The notes: a model not told the origin generated them from the sequence alone. Positions 25,001 through 38,353 are shown, numbered from the stretch's first letter. The stretch is DNA of 64,000 nt from Orbicella franksi (GCA_964199315.1 OZ116707.1:5828001-5892000), one strand, 5' to 3'. Numbers and translations: made by a program.

Positions 25001-26303
25001 CTTTGTATGCCAGCCTTCATTTCTATTCAGCCAATGTTCTTTTTCTCTCCAGTGTGATAAGAGTTTGTAACACATATCAGGATGTGACACCCAGCGTTTA
25101 ATCTTTCCTTTGAGACCCAAATAATAATAGGGAATGGCACCTTTTTCTACACAATGGCGGCATAAATCTGACTGAGATTCTAAAGTGTCCCAATGTTGTG
25201 GATGTACATCACTGAAACATATGAAGTACTCTTTAGCATCTTCATAACCTTCTGCAATTAGCATTTGCCTTGCAGCAGTCCAGTTACTGGGCCATTTTTT
25301 CTTGACTGTTTCATCATCTTCCCCCAAACCAGCTCCCTTGCAGTACATGTGTCTAGCCATTGTTAATAGCTCCTCAAAGTTTTTCAAAGATCCCTTTGTC
25401 TCATGCAAAAGATCAAGTGCTTCAAATATGGCACACATAATGGCATCTCTGAGTTTGTCTTCCAATGTGTCATCCTCAATTACACCTTCTTCAGCTTCCT
25501 CTGGATTCCCTCTTAAATTGCTTGAACTATGGGAACCAAACTCTGTATAGGTTCCACTAAAAACAGTGCCATCATAATTGTCAAAGCTACCACAGCCACT
25601 TAATGATGAAGAGCATTCATTCCCTTCCACATAATCTTCAGAACTTGGAACAGCTGAGTTATCCAGGTGACTTTCAGGGAGACTGGTTTCCGGTAACATT
25701 GAACTAATCCCTGAAGCTGGTAATTATATAATAGAAATAGTTAAAAACTAGTTTAGTCTTTGGTTTTCTTTGGGCGAGATTCCTAATAATTATTTGACAG
25801 ACACAACATCTTTTTCTATTTAAATTTTTTATATCCAAAACAAATTTAAACTGCCACCCTGCATGAGGATAGTTGAAGATTTGTCACACCAGTTGCAAAA
25901 ACTTGGTTAATAAAAAACATGGAAACTACTAATTGAATAGGGCTGTTTTTACGTTGCTTGTCGTTACGTTTATCAGTAAAGCAGTACTTATTTACCTCCG
26001 TTAACAAAAAAATATAGAAACATGTTTCAAATTGTAAGCCTATACCTATTTTATGTCCATAATGTGCACGTCTAGCTAGCTGCTCCGACGGATCGATCGA
26101 GAACTCAGTTAATTTGTAGAGGCGTTTCTAAACAGTAAAATAAACTTACTATTTTCTTGTTGCAACAGTCTCAAGGCTGAAAGATGTCTTTCCTGAGTTT
26201 TATAATTTACAGGTTTTCCACGGCATTCTTGGCAGGGGCAATGAACATGAACGGAATTTCTTTCAGTACAGAAACACAAAGAAGCAGCTGCAAGATCTGC
26301 CAT
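22098..26303 (-). pseudogene. CMC/EnSpm (tnp2-type) transposase, multi-exon, disrupted
   Basis: Exons 26303-26150 (CPCQEC..VNYKTQERH), 25710-24757 (ELWDG.RF), 24466-24419 (H*DGFQLF), 24108-23938 (LDPFLDPLV), 23517-~23330 (TGDHPAQCEV..GCRRC), ~22500-22560 (RIP..WK) and 22098-~22290 (AEEYQKLAFP). Phases of exons 1-5 are compatible; TGA at 24459-24461. Confidence 0.85.
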
Positions 26304-26501
26304 CTTGTCATATGAGCAGTCAGTCCGACAGGACAGCATCCAACCGGTTTCGTTGGAACCAATCAAATGGACGGAAAGCTTCAGCAACCAATCAGATGGG
26401 AGCAGTCTTGGTATAAAGGACTGTGCAACCATTTTCCCGCCCTCTTCACCAAATTTACGTGCTGAGCTGTGCAGGCTTTGTGATAGAGCGTGTTCAGACT
26501 T
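26304..26501. promoter_or_regulatory. Putative bidirectional promoter with two CCAATCA boxes
   Basis: 198 bp between divergent ATGs at 26303 (minus) and 26502 (plus). CCAATCA at 26359 and 26388, 29 bp apart. Confidence 0.6.
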
Positions 26502-29500
26502 ATGGCGTCGAAAGGAAAGGCTTTTCGATCCTCGCCTTTATGCAGTCAACAAGCAGGCGATTCTGTTTCTGAGAATGACGAAGAGGTGGAGCAAATTTTA
26601 TCCCAAAGTCAAAGTAAGAGTCGCAAAAGAAGCGCACAAGGAGAAGATGATTGCATTCCACAGAACGAAAGGCGGGAAACATGTGTCTTCAACTCAACCC
26701 GCAAACATTGTTGGTAAGTTTTATATGGTCTGTTTTCGCTTCTAATCTACCGATGATTTCGCAGAAGTGAAACCAAAGTTAAATGCTAAAGTGGCAGGCC
26801 AAAAAAATTGTTCTGTAGTATTTTTTCATGCGTTTACTTGGATGGAATGCGAAATTAAACTGAATTGCAAAATGGGGGATTTGCTTGATAATATAAATAT
26901 CTTCGAATTTAATTTAAACCGACAAAGTCCAACATCACTTCCCACTTCTCAAGTCGAAGCTTGCTTTTATTAAATGTTAGAGTAAGATATCATATTATAG
27001 ACCAAAGTCTAGGAAGCGGCTACGATCAGTAAATAAATTTGAAGTACTTTTTATGAACTCATTGCGTTCCATCCTGTTTCTCAGCTACCTCCAACTCACC
27101 TGTTCGAGCTGTTTTTCTTGGAAGAATTTTCTAATCACAGTCTGTTTATTAATGCATTTGTTCATAACAATGCAAGTTGAGAATGGTTAGTTTTAACTTA
27201 GAATTATGCAAGAATTATTCTCATAAGTTTCTTCCATTTCTGTGGAACTAGTTATGATACTTTTTTTATTTGCAGGCTGGACACCAGAACAAGTAAAAAC
27301 GTGGATTTGTAGTTTTTTTGGCGAGTCTGTTGGTCAAAAATTTGTTGAAGAAGAGATAGATGGAAAAGCATTATTAAGCAAACGCCTGGAAGAGGATACG
27401 ACACTTGAAAAACTGGGGGTGACTACAATTGGGAAGAAAGAACGTTTCTCAAGGGAGCTCATGGCTGTTAAACCTGTTGTGAATGGTAAATATTCTTCCT
27501 TAGCCAAGTTCTTTCCAAACCTATTATTTAACTCTAGTTTTAACGAGAGCATTGCCAAGATTAGGCCATCCTCGAGAAATTTTGGGGAGTGGGGGAAAGG
27601 GGTCAAATCATTGCAGTAATCTAAATTTTTCTGCATTACGTGTATGAGGTATTCTTCTTCATCACACAGAGTATAAAATCACTCTTACAACTGGAAACCA
27701 CATGTAATCTCAGAACTGTCAATATTATTTTATTGCTTTTTTCTAGATACCTCCCACCCTTTTGGTAGTGGTCACAAAAGAAAGAAGATTGAAAGATCAT
27801 CATTCAAGGATTATGACAGGTTGCTTACAACAGAAGAAAGACAGTACTTAAATTGCAAGGAAAAGAGCATTTACAATACAAAGTAGGTATTAATCTAAAA
27901 AGTAATGCAAAGTCTTCTGTGTGCCATTCTGGTAGTTAACCTAAGGATCATGTTTACATAATTTTTATCTTGTGCTTTTATGAAACTGACTTGATTACTT
28001 GTAATGCCAAGAGCTTCTCACCACTTGGAACATTACACAAAGATGAAAATTTAAGATGATTTTATGTTATGAGTTGAATTTCTCTTCCAAATTGTTATAG
28101 TAACACTTGATGGTCAACTTAAGTTCTGATGACTTTGTGGTCCTGTGTCTAACAGAAAAAATATAATAAGATCAAACAGATGTTAATAAATAATCTCCTT
28201 TACCAGGAAAAAAAAGATTACAAAGGAAGTAGAGAAAAGATGGCCACGTGGAAGTGCCTTACCAGTTTATAGAAATAAGGCAGATGCTATCCAAGTAGAC
28301 AAGTTTGTGGCAAAATTGGTCAAAGATGACACTCATCTTTTTCCAGAGTGTGGATTAGGTAAGGAAGCAGTCCCGGAAACAGTTTTAAAGAAAATCAGGG
28401 AGCAGAGACGCCATCACAAAGAATTACCCCTTACCAGAGAAGAAGTGCTGTCAACAGACAGTGCATCTGAGTCAACCGAGTCAGCTGGGTCCAGTAGTGG
28501 AAGTCCTAGTCCACCCAGATATGCATCTCAGTTGCAATGTGTGAAAACGTACAACCTTTACTTTGATGAAGGTGAGGGAATTACAGAAGTTATTGCTGCC
28601 AATAAATATTGACTTGCAGTTTTTTTGTTTCATGATCTTGAGAACCAAAAAACTATACTTAAATGTAGCTTATGAGACAAAGCAAGGCTAATTTTGTTAT
28701 GTTTTCAAACCTCAATGTGGGATGGGTTTGTAAAACATGATTTCATTATAATTTTATTTAGTTTAGAGTATGGAGTGCCAGAAAATGTCCATGTAAGGTC
28801 ATTGGAAATTCTAGCGGGGGAGGGGGGATCTTAATAGCCAAAATTTTTAAAGGAAACTTTGATGTATGAACTGGAATTTCTGTTGGGGTTTGGAAATTCA
28901 AACCTAAAAACCTTCCCTGAGAGAGGAATGGATATTTCCTGGAACACCACACTAATGACAATAATTATATTTTGCTGCCAAGAATGCATTCTTAAAGGTC
29001 AGAACAGACAAGGGGACTTGTCACAGCAACCTGTCTTGGTTAGGTAACAAATTAAGATAAAGAAGGATTTATTTGCCTATGCTTGGTTACAAAATGTATT
29101 TTTAATGCCATTGGTCTGTTTGTGAAAAAGGGGCCTATCCATAGTTCTCAATTAACATTTAAATGGTCAAGTGGCCTGGTTTGAGTGTATACTATGTGAA
29201 TATAGCCTTTCTTTTAACATTTTGTTTATATTTATCCTAGACATGACTCAGACCACAGCAGATTTAATTGTAATGGTGGCTCTAGGAAAACCATCCATAA
29301 AAGAAGTGAAGATGGATCAATTACAAAAGATGAAAAAAATCTTCAACCTTGGCCTTTTACGAGGCAAGGACAAGATGACGCACATTAGAGCAATTGCAAA
29401 TTTACTCCACAAGGAGGGCTATATTACCATACATGACTCTAAGGAGGAAGATCAGGGATCACTGACTCGTGATGATGTTAAAGTAGTCAAGGAGATTATT

Positions 29501-29530
29501 CTGGACGAGTCTACAGCAAAGGACTCTTAA
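26502..29530 (+). pseudogene. Multi-exon SAM-domain gene divergent from the EnSpm transposase
   Basis: Exons 26502-26712, 27276-27485 (WTPEQVKTW...F.EEEIDGKALL...LEKLGVTTIG = SAM), 27747-27882, 28207-28571 and 29241-29530. Apparent 1-bp frameshifts in exon 1 and in the A-run at ~28207. Confidence 0.7.
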
Positions 29531-30749
29531 AAATTGCTGAGTATGTACTTAACTGGATGTTTAAGTAGACTTGCCATAACAAGTAGGGGGTATTGTGTAC
29601 CAATTCTGCAACACACTTTTGCAAGGCAAGATAGTTTACTGTTGAAATTTACGGTTCAAGTGTTCTTAGCTCTGCTCAGAAGTGTTCTTGAGTTTTCATC
29701 TTCAAAGTGCTTGTCAAAGAAATTCAGTTTTGTCATTGCCGTTTGTCAAGGACATTTTTCGGGACTTTGTGTATGTACATACATGACGGCAGTATTTTCT
29801 TAAAATATATGCTGGATGTATTCTATGTTTAAATAGTCTTGCAGCTACAAGTTGGTGAAAATGTTCACATTCTAGAAGATTTCTGTGAAGCAGGGTACTC
29901 CTTCGAGACCAGAGAGTTAACTGTTGAATTTGAAGCTGAAAGTGCATTAGTGGGGCTTAAAAGTATAAAATATATACCTATTTTTATCTTCCCCTGTTTG
30001 TCTGAAAACATTTGCACTTTAGCCAAAGTTGGACCAATAAAATGAAAAATAAGAGCATGACATATACTTTTGGGCCCCAGCAGAAGCACCCCAAAACTGT
30101 TAATAATTATCATTATTCTAAGCATACTGTCAGTTCAGATTTGTAATTTATCACTGACAAAGATTATAATCAAGGCATAAAATTGAGTGAATCCTTTTTA
30201 AAGAACAAAAGGCTTTACCTATATTAATAGCTATGTTTTTTTCCACAATGCAATAGAGAGCATTCTATTTCAGGATAGTTCTTTCTTTTTTAGTTTTTTT
30301 TGCTACTGTTTTTTATGGTACATCAAGTGTGGACAGTTTTTAACTTCATGATGTATCTGTAAGCCCAGTTCAAAATAACTTAGTAGTGAAAGGCAGAAGT
30401 CTTTTAACTTTGCACTTTTTTACCTGAAACAAACAACACTGTCACATGCATGAGCATGTAGCAGTTCTGTTATAGTTATTGTCAGCAACTTTGTAATTTA
30501 ATTAATCTAATTGTTAATTTGCATCAATTTTATTGACTTAGATGCAAAAACAGATGATATTTTTGTAGTAACAATAAAAAATTACCAGAGAGTATGCTAA
30601 AATTAAGCTTTATCTGTTTATTTTTCACCTCTGTAAGATAAATTACATTACACTGGTCTTGACCCAACAAATGGACAGCTGGGGTGTTGCACATATATTT
30701 ATTGCTAAATTGTGTGCAGCTGTGGTGTAGATATCAATTGGCTATTAAA

Positions 30750-31269
30750 ATTTCCCAGGCGGGAAGGCTGCAAATCCCAAAACAGAAAACTCCAAAAACC
30801 AAGTTTGGTATGTAGAATACCAACCCTGGAATTACGTTAATTTCCATTATGGTTTTCCATTTTTCCAAAATAGGGAAAGTGGTTAGAAACCAAATTTGTT
30901 TAGATACAAATCCAAACATGTATTTAGTAGCAAATTTTAGTGTGGTTTTCTTACTTTACACAGTGGGTTCTGTTAAAATCCAGGTATGGGAAAAGAGAAA
31001 ATCCATGTTTGGGAAAAGGAAAATCCCAGTATGTTGACCTGTTGCCATAAAATCCACATGAGGTTTTGTTTATTTCCAAGTATGATGTTCTTGCGCAAAT
31101 TTTGGAAATCCATGTTTGGTATCTTGAGGATCCAAATTGGTATTCGGACGAAATCCATGTTTGGAGAACTTGTACTATTTCCATGTTTGGAAAATATTCA
31201 ATTTCCACACAAATTCCATACAATATCCATACAAAATTCCAATTGGGAAATTTGCCAATTTTTCCAGTG
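30750..31269. repeat. Non-autonomous element fragment rich in TTCCCA/TGGGAA motifs, with a CACTG-type end
   Basis: Recurring ccatgtttgg and gggaaaa. Right end ttccagtg reads CACTGGAA on the minus strand. The overlying ORFs are low-complexity artefacts. Confidence 0.5.
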
Positions 31270-31410
31270 TATTGATTATTATATATTTGAAAAGGTATTA
31301 AGAGAATGCAATGTGTGCCAATTAATAAGTGTAAATATTATCAGAATTATTCTTCTGCCTCCAATTGTTGACGTGGTCACCATGAAGACCCTTCAGTGCT
31401 TTGAAAACTA

Positions 31411-31588
31411 CAGTTGTACCTCCCGCAAGCGGACACCCTCAGGACCAGAAATAGTGTCTGGTTAAGAGTGGTGTATGCTTCGGGAGGTTGAAAATATAGT
31501 GTTTGTTTGTAGCTGAGAACATAACTAAGTGTCTGCTTACGAAAGGGTGACCACCTAAGGGAGGTGTTTGTTGACGGAGGTTCAACTG
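31411..31588. mobile_element. Tc1/mariner-type (pogo-like) MITE
   Basis: TA TSD at 31409-31410 and 31589-31590; TIR cagttgtacctcc / ggaggttcaactg. Confidence 0.85.
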
Positions 31589-31639
31589 TATTTCAGAAAC
31601 GTTTTATTCATGGAAATTTTTTCATTCATGTTAAATTTT

Positions 31640-32700
31640 AGGACCAAAACAGTTCAGTTTTCGTGGATGTGGATGGAAAGCCATTGACTCAAGAAAGTGG
31701 TCAAAAGAGCACTGAGATTGGATACGCGCAATTGACAACTTGTTCAATGGAATATTTGGTGGTGATTTTTTGATATATGTGTATGATAAAAAGGGCACAA
31801 GCATTGACGAGAATATTGTGTCCGGCCTTTTAGAGTATAACCATTGTAGCTGGGAGACCGAATACATGAAGCAACTAACAGACGTTTGTGATGAAGTAAC
31901 AGAATCAAATGCTCCTATGCAGAATTGTGGTCTGAAACAGCTGGACTTCACTGATGCAAAAACTGCCCCTACACCAAGTCAGGCCAAATCAAATTCTTCT
32001 GAAGAGAAAGATGAAGCTGGGCAAACAAACAGCTTTAACAAAGGCAGGGCAACACAGTCTTGTACTCAGCTGTCTTCTGCTCTATCCACAGCTTCAACAA
32101 GAGCTGAACTAGCTGCTTTGGACATGTTAATACCTCCAGTATCCTCTATCTCTAGCTTACGTACCTCTTTGCATGCTCAGATAGCATACGGTTATCTGTT
32201 CTTTATATATCCCTTTTCTCTGGTGCGATGTCCATGTGAAGCAGTTGCCACAGCGGCAGAGAAACTTCTGAGTGATGAGAAAAGAAAAGGAAACCATCCT
32301 TCTGGCATTGCAATTAAAGGATTTGGCCAGTTCACAGAAGAAGGCTTAAGGACTCTTCAAAAATTTGTGAAATTTCTGAAATGAAACGTAAGATAGCTGC
32401 AGAAGCTAAATGGCTTTCTGGACTCAATTGTACATTGAGAGAACTCACAGTTCTTCAATCAGACCTCTGGAATTGACCAACAACAAGCTCAGTTCTGAGA
32501 TTTGATCCCAAATCTATTAATGTCATTTCTTTTTGTGATCTTGCTGAAGAAAGGTACATTGACAGCTTTATCGTTGACGTGTTTTTCAGTGGATGGGCTG
32601 ACTTCTCAGGTGTCATCAACTGCCCTTCCATGTGTCAAAGAAGCACCAAGTCTCCTTGAATTATATCCTCATCACCCATCTCTCAAAGCAGAATTTTGGC
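31640..32700 (+). pseudogene. Decayed ORF with a Ulp1 (C48) peptidase-like N-terminal region
   Basis: The 214-aa ORF ends GFGQFTEEGL..L.KF. A shifted frame gives LWN*..SSVLRFDPKSINVISFCDLAEERYIDSFIVDV, which resembles the L..e.wlnD.vId start of Ulp1 domains. The catalytic triad is not visible. Confidence 0.45.
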
Positions 32701-34466
32701 ACTCTACTCAAAATTTCAAGCGGTTTGGAATGCCAGGGGTAGCAGATACCCGAGGGTTACACTTAATTTCCCTTTGCTTTAACCCAGCCTGTACTCTCAG
32801 GGGTACTGAAAAATGTTTCCTCTCTGGCGAAACTGTCACCTTGATGTGGTGGAGAGAACTAAGTGTCTCTGTGACCTATGCTGATAATGAGTAATTTCCC
32901 AGAAGAAACACCATAACCAGGAAGGTCAAAGGAGAGAGACCAGGCAAAGAGCAGTCTCTTTTTTGGTACAAGATTACTGACTGTAGCAGATAACTTGCCA
33001 TCACATTAACTAAGCCTGTGTTCCTTTTGGTAGCAGACACATGTACCTGAGGGTTACCATTAATTTTGTTATCACATTAACCAAGCCTGTGCTCCTTGGA
33101 TAGATGATACCTGAGAATTTCAGTTAATTTGTCATTGAACTAATTTATAAATCCCATGCTCTCATAGACAACCTGTGAAATCTTTGCAAGCTTTGCAGCC
33201 AAATGTTGAGTTGGATTTGGGTAAGTTGCTTTGTAGAAACTAGTGCATTCATGTCCTTGCCAATCTTAAGGTCTGCAGCAGCTGTTGAGCTGTTTCCTTT
33301 ACGATTTGGGTATGGCAAAGATAAGCAACATGGATAAACATAATGCAAGTTAATTAATTGAGTATAGCAAGGGAACAACATAAAACTTAATTAACCACTC
33401 CCCATGAGGATCTTTTCAGGGACAGTGAAAGAAATATAATCTTAATGTACTGGTACATGTAGGCAGTTGTTTAAGTTCAAATAAGTGACTGTGCACCACC
33501 GATAACCGCCTTCAAGTGAAACCACTGGAACACTTGGTGGCATGTATTCAACTGCAGCCGCTTGTCACATGTGAACATATAGTAGGCAATTTTTGAAATC
33601 CTTTCTCGAGCCTTTTTATTTGTTTTCTTTTTTTTTTTAAATATTTCACTATTTCAAAATAATTTGGCCTTACAGAATAAAAGTCACTCTGAGCATAACA
33701 ATTATGCCACCAGAAATGTGTTTTAACATTAAATTGTATGAAATTTGTGGCAAAGTATCCTTAAACTTGATTTTGTTAAAATTGCAGTAAAATATATTGT
33801 ACTGCATCTCTTGAGTTTAAATGTATCAATATCAACAATTTCACAATAAACAACACATTTGGTTTTTTTAATGCAGACCAGTGTTTACTTGGTGAGTCAA
33901 TATCAATCAATACAACTCAAAGAACACCGGTAATATTGGCACTGCAATAGGAATAGATAAAAAACAGTTGTGACTTTACTTCTATCAATATTGCCAACAA
34001 TATAGTTTGTGCTCTGATTGGCTGGTCCATTGCTATTGATTTTGATCAAAATTGATTCAAGTCTTTTCAATGATAAACCTAAACTTATTAAAGCAATTTG
34101 TGTGTGTGTTTTCAAAAAACAGGAAATAAGTAAAAGTCAAAACTTTTTAATATGCCAGAGTTTTACAGTAATATATGAAAGAAACAAATTATGCTATATA
34201 CCAGTAGTCATTTCGTACTGGCCATAAACATTTTAAAGGTGCTGATGATCACTTAGGAGGCTCCACTTTCTTCCTTGTAATATGTATGAAGTGTGTAGAC
34301 CAACTGAAGTGAAAATTGAATTAATGTTGAATATTAGAAGTTTATTACAAAGATTGCCCTTCATTTGAGACTGAAACTGTGTTGAGACAAGCACAGATTC
34401 CAATTATTGACTGCTATCAATTTTCCCAAAAACAATAATGATGCAGAGTATTTTTCTGATTGCAAT

Positions 34467-35130
34467 TCAGCTTTTAATGTTGGCTACTTTTTTGTATGGA
34501 TTGGGTTTTGGGTTTCCACATTCATTTCTATCAAGTAAACTCTGCCTTGCAAAAAGGTGTTGCTTGTATTTTTTTCTCCTTTTTACAGTTCCACTCAGCT
34601 GACGTATAAACAAATACACATTGGGCCACCAAATCAGATCTAACTTGTGGGTAGCTCTACATTCCCCATACCCGACCACTAAGTTGCTTCTACAGGTAAT
34701 TCAATTCTGCCTTTGAATGTTTTTCCATGGGCTCTGTTTTGTTGTAGCAGCAAGTGCCTCTCTGGGATCCATTTCACTTGGGTAATCAGTAACTTGTGTG
34801 TCTCAATTCCATTGCACTTGTTCTCGAAGAGTGACAGTGTTTTGTTTTTCCAGGGCAACTTTAAGTATATTCAAGTTGAAAAGGCAGTATGTCACCTTTC
34901 TCGCTGAAGAGCTCAAAATAGGTGCTCACCAGTGATGCTGGTTTTTGATAGCATTAGGCTGTGGGTCATCCAGATTTCTGAGCAGTCGCTGGAAAAACTT
35001 TGACGGAACCATATTGAACTCCAATGTCTGCCAATTTCCAGTGAAAGGACATGGCCTATTTTATAATTCATGTTTTGCAAAAATGAAAATCCAATGGGAT
35101 TCTTTAATTGCAAGTCGTCTGTTTTCTTAA
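34467..35130 (-). pseudogene. Decayed ORF of unknown family
   Basis: Protein-like pieces across frames: CPFTGNW..LEFNMVPSKFFQRLL and GYGECRATH...WPNVYLF...RKKYKQHLFA.Q..L.RNEC. Confidence 0.35.
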
Positions 35131-36036
35131 TGAAAGCAAATGTAATGGACTGAATGGGAGGTGGCAGGCTTTACTGAGAAGTATGATGAATGATGCACCA
35201 TACATATGACTCCCTAAAAGAACTGCGTGAGAGACTATGGAATTTCTGTCCGGTCCCAGATAAATTTGACTTTACAATTTCTTGACAGTAACATTTTTTT
35301 CATAATTGATCGAAGAAAAAAAATGAAATGGCCTGCACTTTTCCATCAGAACAAACATGCAAGTTGTTTTTATAATCATTCACTACTGAAGACCAGTCGT
35401 CTTTTGTCCTTGTGCAAGCATGCGTTTAAATTGTCTCCCAAGCTGGCACTCGCGTGTTACCTCCGCTCCACTACTTCCCATTTTTTTAAAGCACTTGTGT
35501 GCATGTTTGTTATCTACCTCAGTTATACTTTGGACTGAGAAAGGATAGATATCATACTTGGCTGTCTGTTGCTAGAGTTAACTTACTTTTATGTCGTTAG
35601 TGATGAACTCCATTTATGCGTTCGGTGATACCAGCCAACCATGCTTTGTATTCAGCTTGTACCATGGGAGATCTTATGGCTTGGGGAACTGTCAGCAGAA
35701 CTTCTTTATCATTCTGTAAAAACTGCCCGTTTTGGGTGTTGTTTGTTAACATGGTGTTGCTCAAAGTGCTTTAAAAGTGCATGGAAAGTTCTTAACTTTT
35801 TTGAACACTCGTCATAGCGAAGGTACACGCATGCATCAGCCATGTTAAAAGTGCACTGATGGTCGATGGTGTTGAATGGCGAACGCTTGTTGTGTTTCTA
35901 TTGTTATTCTACCCAATAAAATAAAAGAATTTTTTCTTCACTGGGCTGGGAAACAATGGACCCTTGTTATGTTTTCAATGTGCCACGTAGTTTACCAGTC
36001 AGTTCACCGTCATTTTCCCTCACCCCAACTCGTGAT

Positions 36037-36520
36037 GGAATCGGGAAGAAAACGCAAATTAAGATGGAAAGAATTTACCAAAGAGCAACTTGCACAATTC
36101 AGGAAGCTTCGGAAAGAGCAAAAACAAGAGGAGAAGGAAAAGAAAGAATGGTCCAGCAGAGGTGGAGGAAATGACGATAACACCTCGCACGCCACAGCAA
36201 TGAGAAGAAAAGAAAACTAGAGGAAGCGGAAAATTGTTTGCCGGGAGGAAAGAAAATGGATTGTGCATTGCTAGAGAAGAATCACATCCCAGTCAACCAG
36301 CAAATGCATGTCACAGAGACGAGAAGAAAACAAAACTAGAGGAAGCGGAAAAAAACTTGCCCAGAGGGAAGAAAATGGTACATGCATTGCTACAGCAAAG
36401 TAAAAAGAATGGAGAAGACACAGTCAGACGTGAGGCTTTGAGACGGAAAGTTCATGCGTCCACGAAACTAAAGAGAGCGACAACACAAAATTGCTGGAAA
36501 TCAGTGCAGCCAACTTGATG
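36037..36520 (+). pseudogene. Lys/Glu-rich leader upstream of the kinase, with a 120-bp internal duplication
   Basis: MESGRKRKLRWKEF..EQKQEEKEKKE; aaaactagaggaagcggaaaa at ~36213 and ~36333. Confidence 0.45.
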
Positions 36521-36532
36521 CGTACCGCAGCA

Positions 36533-37263
36533 GCAAAGTCCATCAGGAGTGGAACTTTTGGTACTTGCTACCTGGGCAAGTATCGGGAACTGACATTGTT
36601 ATAAAACAATATAAAGAAAGAAGTTGTCAAGGCGGTGAACTCTTGTCATTCCTACAAAGGGAGGCAAAACATGAAGCCAATGTTTTACTGTGGTTAGGAG
36701 ATCACCCAGGTATTCCACTTCTATTTGGTGTATGTCTAAAAGAAAAGCCAGTGAGGGTTGTCATGAAATTCCATGGAGACAGAAAAGATAGCCTAACAGT
36801 TTACAAAGCGGCTAAGAACAACCTCATTAGTGAAAAGAAAGAATGGAACACTATTCTTTGTGAGACCGCCGATGCCTTGGATCATGTACACCGTTGCAGT
36901 TATGCCCGCAATGATCTGAAATCGAACAATGTTGTTGTAGAAAAATGCGAAGATGAGCAGCTTCACCCAGTAATAATCAATTTTGGTAAAAGTGTTTTGT
37001 TAATTAAAGCAAAGAATCCTATGGCGAAACCAATGCAAATAAGGGGCCAGTACAAGAACAATTACATTGCTCCAGAACTTGTTGATGGTACTGGAAAACC
37101 ATCCACTAAAAGTGATATCTACGTGCTGTCTTTCCTGATCAAATCTGTGTATAGACTTTTACATTTTCGAAACGTTGTTGCTGTGAAGAACGCTTTAGTG
37201 ACATCGCCTGAAGAAAGACCGACAATCAAAGAATTAAAATCGGCTTTAAGTGCTGACTATTAG
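36533..37263 (+). pseudogene. Intronless Ser/Thr protein kinase-like remnant
   Basis: G-loop RSGTFGTCY sits in a shifted frame at 36545. Then IVIK (beta3 Lys), AKHEA (alphaC Glu), RNDLKSNN (HND to RND), NFG (DFG), YIAPE and SDIY. Confidence 0.85.
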
Positions 37264-38178
37264 AGAGGTGCAAACTTTTTGCCAATTTATAGCAATGAGG
37301 CAGTAACATTTCGTTTCATTTCAATTTGATTTCAAAATCGCTTTTGTTTTATGCTTCCAGGATAAAGGAAAGTGTTGTCAGTGTATTTTTTCAGGTTCCT
37401 TTTTATAGTCCAGCTAACTGTTGCAATCAAAAGTGATAGCTAGCGTGCACAATAGATGCACATTGTATTGTGTCATCTCATCTTAGCTTTAGCTTCTAGT
37501 GTTTCATGCTGTGGAAAGGCTAATGATACTTGGTAAATGAAATAATTTGAATAAATTGTTTTGGACATGGTCACAACGTAATTATTTAATTTCCAGTTTA
37601 GCCTGTAAAATTAGTAAGCGTAAGTTGCAATATTGTTCGCGCTCTCGGTTCTGCATGTTATGTTCATGCTAGTCTCCGTCTTCACGCAAAAAAACACCAG
37701 CCAAATTATTCTTATCCCTGATTTATTGTAACCATCACTCAGCACTGTCATCTTTTACAGTACATGACTAATAAGAAAAACACCTCATCTGATGTTCATG
37801 AAGCTACAAGGCGTCAAACCATGGCATAGAGTTACTTATGCAAATTGGCTGACGGCACATTCAATGTGCCCTCAGCTAATTTGCATAATAGGTTTTGAGC
37901 CTTTTAAAGCTCATCATTGTTAAACGTTAAAGCTTTGACAGTTGCAGGTTTCTTACTGTTTTCTACAAACAAACAAGTTGAATAATCGCACCAAATAGCG
38001 AGAATACATTTTTCTAATACGTTTATCTAATTTACAAATAAGTTGTGATTATATATGAATGAGTATCGTTGCTATTAAAGTTGTCATCATATCAACTATA
38101 CCATCAGTGTATTTTTATCTGTTTTACCATACTACCGTCTCATCAAAATCTTTTGAACACATCCAGGACTTCTAATAA

Positions 38179-38353
38179 TAGCCCACTTTCAAAAAGAGTG
38201 TAAACCTGTGGCGAGTATCAGTGAGGGATCAATTATGGGATCATTTGGGCGTGCTTGTGCATTTGTTTTCAACCTAATGCACCCCCAAACGATCCCACAA
38301 TTGAGCACATGCCTTCTCTAGCCCAGGCTTCCACTATTTTCGAAAGTGGGCTA
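38179..38353. mobile_element. MITE
   Basis: tagcccactttcaaaaagagtg / cactattttcgaaagtgggcta. Confidence 0.75.

Noticed and set aside
30734-31465. Cluster of overlapping 60-160-aa ORFs as real genes
   Set aside because: They overlie a low-complexity repeat and a MITE, appear on both strands and have no domain motifs.
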